Shown one piece after another: positions 60,501-64,000 of a DNA stretch of 64,000 bases. The notes under the pieces were generated by a model. That model ran no database searches and was not told the origin of the DNA. It worked only from the letters and a program-made list of their open reading frames with translations. Position numbers and translations under genes: made by a program. The stretch spans positions 7,244,831 to 7,308,830 of the forward strand of contig JASCQW010000032.1 in assembly GCA_030264375.1 (NCBI GenBank). Direction: 5' to 3'. Within the stretch, counting starts at the first letter, position 1. Each line of letters begins with the position of its first letter. This DNA is from Carcharhinus longimanus (lineage: Eukaryota).

Positions 60501-62369
60501 GTGGCACATTTTCCATTGGATTCAGTCACTTTCCTCATAGACTCGGAGAATTGTTGGCAATGCTGTGCTCTCATTCAGAGCTACAGAATTGTTATTATCC
60601 TTCAAATAACAAATGGCTTCTTTTCCAAACGCAATTCAGTGTGTCAAAAACAAAGGTGTTTTGATTTGGATGAGTGCTTAGATATGCAAAGTTTAGCAAT
60701 GCAGCAAAACATTGAATTTCAATTTCTAATTATGCTGAAAGGCTTGTGACGAGAGGCAGGGACATGAATAGTAAACAAGCTACAATGGTGAACTCTGCAT
60801 TGTAACTCAAGAAGTGTGANNNNNNNNNNNNNNNNNNNNNNNNNNNNNNNNNNNNNNNNNNNNNNNNNNNNNNNNNNNNNNNNNNNNNNNNNNNNNNNNN
60901 NNNNNNNNNNNNNNNNNNNAGTGTGATTTAGATAGAGATGCCATAATCCTGCAAGAGTGACAACTTGTCAGCTTACAAGCTGATGCCTGCCAATTGCTGG
61001 CTGAGGAACCGTAGATGGTGTCCAAAAACAGAGAACTGATAAATTAAATGTAAAGGAAATTAAACACAGGTCCATACTATCCCCAACGATAGTGGCAATG
61101 TGCAGCTAGCCCATATAGAAACAAATCAGTTGTGAACTTGTTTGGGTTCATCTGTGATGCCCATGCAGTTGAATAGACTCCTCATGCACACTGTTCAGGG
61201 ATAATTGCTTGGCAAACACAAAAATATTGTCGTTCTTAAAAGAAAAGCAAATCAGCTTTAACAAGAAATTGGTATAATCAGCCCTTGTGTCCTGTTCCAT
61301 CAGCCTATGAAATGGTCATGTCTCAGATCTGTCCAAGCTGAGAATTGTGGATTAATCACAGCAGAAGACAAATGCCAAACTTGTAGTCCAAAAAGCAATC
61401 CAGCAATTCAAGGGCCAAGCAAGAAGGGAATGCATAGTATGAAAGTAAAGCAACTGCCCAGAAAGCTTGGCCTATAATATAAGTTTTTACAAAAGTAAGT
61501 GACCAAAGTGCACCATTAGGAGTGAATTTACTTAATGGCTACAGTCTGTAATTTCCACTTTGGGCAGTACAATAGACATCTGTCAGGCTCCCAGGTAGGT
61601 CAGGTATTTTATTGAGCTGACTGTCCTAATTTGAACTACAGTCTCATCTGAATCTCAGCTGGGGCGGGTGATTGGCTCCTCACAATTGGCCACAGCATTG
61701 CAAGGCCAATAAGATAGAAAACAACTAAGATTTCTGGTCTCAATCACCCCCTTGTGCACATGTTGGTGAAGAGAGAATGGGATTCAACATCCTAGAGGCC
61801 CACTCTCGACTTACTTGTGAAAAATAACAACGGAACTGTGCTGCAGCGAGGTGTCGGTGCTGTTTGGCAAGGAATGAGAAAAACATGCACTTATTTGCAG
61901 TCTTTATATGCTATGTTGTATGTATCTGTCACATTTAGGCATTGTACTTGGCTACATGTGCAAAACACTCTCTTTAAGAAAGAAAAAAATGAAAGCATTC
62001 ACTTTGCACTGGGTCCTTTCTCACATGGATCAGGCACTTATAAGGAATTTCCCATATTTCTACTTGCCAGTTTCTACCGTCACTCCACAGGGAGTAACTA
62101 AGCTGTGACTTTCCAGAAACAGGCCCTTGTTAGCTACTAACATTCACAACATTGCCCGAAATCCCAGACTATCTGTAGGCAATGCCATAGAAAACCAACT
62201 GATTTTTAAATAAATCATATAAAAACTTAGAGTTGAAAATAGTTCAATACAAATTTTGCAAAAACTTTTTTGAACAGAATGTGAGGCAACTCAATTCTAA
62301 ATAAGTGAATGTGCTAAAGTGACACAGCAATGTTCTGTTCATCCCCCATTCCCTCACCCTCTTTCCCAG

Positions 62370-62626
62370 GCGAGATGACGCAGGAGAACAAGCAGGCCAC
62401 CTCTGGGGACAAGATCAAGAAGCGAGTTAAAACTCCATACTCCCTGAAGAGATGGCGGCCTTCGACGTGGGTCATTTCGACAGAACCCATTGATGGCGAG
62501 GTCAACAACAACAGCAGTGCAGTGGGGCGCTCAAAATCCAGCACCACTGTTTACCTCGTTGGGGATGGCAGCGGGGGCACTGCCACAGCAATGGTCAGCA
62601 GGGAAACAGGAGTGAACTGCCTGTGA
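62370..62626 (+). CDS. BMPR2: BMPR2 exon 13 (last coding exon, stop TGA 62624-62626)
   Basis: pyrimidine tract ...ctttcccag|GCGAG; (C)[38 protein letters not shown]...SKSSTTVYL...GVNCL*. Confidence 0.95.
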
Positions 62627-64000
62627 ATCTTTGACTTTTACTTTATACTTAGTAATGAGAGAGGAGAAACAAATATAATGGACAGCTATCCCACCCTCGA
62701 ACCAACCCCCTACTGCCCCTTCCCCAATTGAGATTTGCTTTAGAGATCAGCTATGCAGCAGAAGCTTAGAATATCTAATATTTGAGAGCTTGTTTTTTTT
62801 TTCCTCTTGTTGCACTTTTTTTTGGGAAAGGTAAAGAGATAATCTTTAAGTGAAGCCTAGCCTGGGGCAAGCACTGTGAAGAGCCTCACAGGGGTTTCAG
62901 AAAAATAAGCAGCACACAACTTGGTAAACCCCGATTATAGATGAGGTGAGACCAAGCAAGTGGGTCTTTGAGGCATGTTCAACGTGACAAACCCTTTTGC
63001 CTTTCCTTTGATGCTATTTCTGCCGACATTCTGATTCTGTTACTGGCTTATGAAACACATACAATACCCTTTTTTAAACATCAAAAACTTTGTTGGAATG
63101 TGCAATAGGCTTAGCTTAGTAATGCTTTTGAAAAAAGAAAATGATTATTATTTAAAAGTTGCGTCTCTGTATATCATGAAGGTTGCTGGTAGTGCATGGA
63201 CCGGTGGTGACCTTGTTTTCTTCACTCTCCCTCCCCCAGTCCCCATTCCTGCTGGAAACCTTGGCTGGTACAGTACGCATGGTCCCCAGATGTGGAAAGT
63301 AGGGTGGCACATATCTCTCCTCCCTTCCCGTAGGATTCCCATTACGTGTTAGTCCCCTCAGGTATCTGACCCATCACTACACATCTAATGTTCATGGACC
63401 AAACACTTCAACTCAAAACAAGCCTTTAAATCCCCATACAAAAGTTGTGTTTGATGCTAGTGCTACATTGCTTTTAGTGCAGGATTTTCTCCCTCGGCAC
63501 CAATATTTTTTGCACCATTTTCTCATGCCTCATGTAGAGTATCAATCCAGACATTCTGGGTGAGGCATTTAATTAGACACTAACTTTTTATCTCTGGGGC
63601 ATGGGCTCAGTCCAGTCTTCAACTGCCTCCTCTGACTGTTGGCTGTAAGCCTCTTTCCAAGAGTGAGGTCAGATAGCCTCCATGCACTCAATACAAAATT
63701 GCCCCTAATTGGGAATAAACTCAGAATCTTACAGATCTTATAATTCAGCTGCTGTAATTCGGTATCAAAGTTGAAAGAGGATTTCCTGCTCTCAGCTTTC
63801 CCTGATCTTGCATGTTTTTGTCTTGCTGAGCTACAGCCACAGAGAGGAAAAAGAAGGGTGCAGGATTTTCTTCTCTGATTTGAGATCTGTTTGAAGTTTG
63901 CTGCACTGGATTTTTGCTTGTTTTAAACTCTTGTTTCGAATATAGCTGACCATTTGGACCTTCTGCTTCAGAAGTGGACTGTGGCATCAAGAGAAGTGAG
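62627..64000 (+). other. BMPR2: BMPR2 3' UTR (proximal part; end not defined)
   Basis: Follows the stop codon; U-rich tracts; one AATAAA at 63714-63719, usage unknown. Confidence 0.7.

Overview
Vertebrate genomic DNA, almost certainly a shark or other elasmobranch judging by the repeat content (HE1/V-SINE-like, SacSINE1/DeuSINE-like, CR1, L2, Rex/Babar, Penelope). The assembly is gapped, with 11 N-runs. The window holds the 3' part of BMPR2 (BMP type II receptor) on the + strand: ten coding exons equivalent to human exons 4-13, covering the transmembrane helix, Ser/Thr kinase and long cytoplasmic tail, plus the start of the 3' UTR. All introns are GT-AG and the phases chain into one open frame (2717 nt in the window, stop at 62624-62626). 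Exons 1-3 were not found and presumably lie upstream. The introns are dense with transposon relics. The most unusual observations are: (i) a 4.5-kb AT-rich block of intron 12 that lacks CpG depletion and holds abnormally diverged repeat copies; (ii) an unidentified A-rich, virus/ERV-like segment with two CHRCR motifs in intron 6; (iii) a predicted exon-12-skipped short receptor with a 19-aa novel tail; (iv) several local templated or inverted duplications; (v) fold-back Penelope mini-elements and decayed hammerhead-like cores. Repeat-family names and human comparisons come from recall, not from a search, and repeat boundaries are approximate.
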